The translations under genes and the position numbers were made by a program. The notes under the pieces are model-generated. The model made no database searches and was not told the origin of the DNA. It saw only the letters and a program-made list of their open reading frames with translations. Positions 41,596 to 43,276 of a DNA stretch of 43,276 nucleotides are shown piece after piece (position 1 is the first letter of the stretch; every line of letters begins with the position of its first letter). Origin of the DNA: Salisapilia sapeloensis CBS 127946 (taxonomy: Eukaryota > Protista > Oomycota); assembly GCA_023334545.1 (NCBI GenBank), contig JAADVB010000163.1, positions 1-43,276 of the forward strand, given 5' to 3'.

Positions 41596-43276
41596 AGTGG
41601 AAAGCTCGGACAGAGTTGATAAACATTGATACTTTCGCTCGTAGATGAACCCCAAACCATCTGGTAAAAGTTGATGCCACAATGATGATGCCACGCGCGT
41701 GCCGCTGTCGCTACTTTCGGCACCTTCACCGCGACTTATTAGACTCGATCTATGTATGACGAATGCAAAGGCTCCGCTCAAGCTTTGTGATAAACGCAAA
41801 GGCAGGGGTCATGGTAAGAATGATGGCATTGGCATCCATTAACACAACCCGGAGTGTTGGTTACAAAGCGGAACACTGCGTTCACGGCATTAAGAGTTGA
41901 GCATAACGCTATGCGAAAATGTGAGAATTGGGTGTCGTACGACCACAACTCCATCAGCAACGGCGTCAACTAGAGATCATTAGAAATAGCTTCGACGAGT
42001 TGATCAGTCCATTCGCACACAAAAGTCGATATATATATTATACAAACACGCCATTCTTATCAGCGGCATACATTTGCCACTGAAGCTTGTATTTTAAAGA
42101 TATAGACAAAGATGATCCCTTGGCTCGGTCTACATGCAAATAAAGCCCAACTTTCTACTCGTCCAGCGGCAATCCTTGCTATGTATGACTCTTTTGTCTT
42201 ATCAAACATATGTTAAAATTTCCTCGAAGCGAACTCTATCGTGGTTCAAGCGATGATGAAGACACACAAAAGCCAGCAAGCAGTAGAATAAAATATGATT
42301 GGCATCAAGAATTAACCCATATCTTGAACCTGAACATCACTATTATAATAGTCTACACTCCCAAAGATAAACCCCAACAAATGATACGTCCCAATATATA
42401 ATCAAAATTGTCCGATTTTAAACCCACCGTTTTTGAACAGAGATTTTCTATACTTAAGAAAAATCCTGATCAAAACCTGCCAAACGTGGTAATTAATCAG
42501 CAAACATTGCAAATTTGATCGATTTAACCACTATTCATGATATAATTCGTTCATCCTAGTCACTCACTGCTTGCTGATTTTCTATAGGGAGTGTACAATG
42601 ACAATCTGCCTTTAAACAACGTTTTTTCATGTTTCCCATGCAGTTATCTTGGTTTAAGCCTTCCCTTGCCGATGTACCGACTGTTGATTTCTATTGGTCA
42701 ATATTACTATCGTCTCATTATGTAGACATGGCCATAAATATAGCATTACTTTATAGCCTAAAGAATTGTCAAATATGATAATTGATATTGCTGAAGCATT
42801 CCACGGTGACAATCATTTGTGGGAGGGTAGACTGCATTTACTAGGCTGCTCAGCTTTATCAAACAGTCCATGTTGCGACTCAAAGTAAGTCGTCAGTAGT
42901 ATCCAGATAAATCAAGCAGATTATAGAGAGATAAATACATGGTAATCTGGTCCTGGTTAAAGGGCGCAAATGAGGTCAGTCGTCCAAGTACCTGCCAGCT
43001 GAACAATCATTCTTACATCTTTTGGCAAGTACTTTCTGCTTGAGCATCTCATCTTGACGTACTGGATGTGGACGAGCTCGGTATCGAGGCTCAATCACTG
43101 GATGCAGCACTAAATATGTGCACAAAGTACGTGAAGGCGAGTTCTTTCGCTCTACATACTTCACGAGTGAAGTCGCGCTTTGACTGGCATCATTGATCGC
43201 CCGTACGTCTCGTCTGTCATCAGATAGTTTGATCATCCTATCACTTCATCCAACTTGCCGGTTACCTTAAACACGC

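Noticed and set aside
41504-41680. N-terminal extension of the ABCG ORF given by the track (also TTG starts at 10963, 11551 and 28870)
   Set aside because: These are GTG/TTG starts from prokaryotic-style ORF calling. For ABCG, an INR-like motif at 41586-41595 lies downstream of the upstream starts.
42029-42042. Short (AT)n run
   Set aside because: Too short to be informative in an AT-rich intergenic region.
42976-43236. 86-aa minus-strand ORF near the window end
   Set aside because: No recognisable motif, splice context or transposase/RT signature. It cannot be supported from this window alone.

Overview
Eukaryotic, very gene-dense window that reads as an oomycete (stramenopile) genome. This is an inference from an M96-like bZIP protein, a plant-type PDR transporter with an oomycete-like N-terminus, INR/FPR-like core promoters and short GT-AG introns of about 50-80 bp. 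I reconstructed 19 protein-coding genes by hand-splicing the fragmented ORF track: bZIP-START factor, ZRANB2, mitochondrial uL1, ct6A dehydratase (TcdA/Tcd1), biotin-protein ligase, katanin p60, a KIX-domain protein, a TLC-domain protein, a SIM/MIU/RING-H2 E3 ligase, EXO1, TMEM138, METAP1, a Slo/BK-family K+ channel, a ZC2HC1-like protein, a SMARCD/SWP73-like subunit, a tetraspanin-like protein, NOC3, TOR and a PDR-type ABCG transporter. There is also a low-confidence unannotated small gene between TOR and the transporter. Convergent spacers are 53-101 bp and most divergent spacers are 130-152 bp. The last ~1.7 kb is AT-rich and apparently non-coding. I saw no rRNA, tRNA, CRISPR array or intact mobile element. 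This is mostly conserved housekeeping sequence, and I did not find a clear multi-gene novel system. The best leads are unusual domain architectures (bZIP-START, SIM-MIU-RING, C-terminal KIX, Slo channel without a Ca2+ bowl), interlocked promoters, and the candidate hidden gene. All family calls come from motif recognition, not database searches, and exon boundaries are manual predictions.
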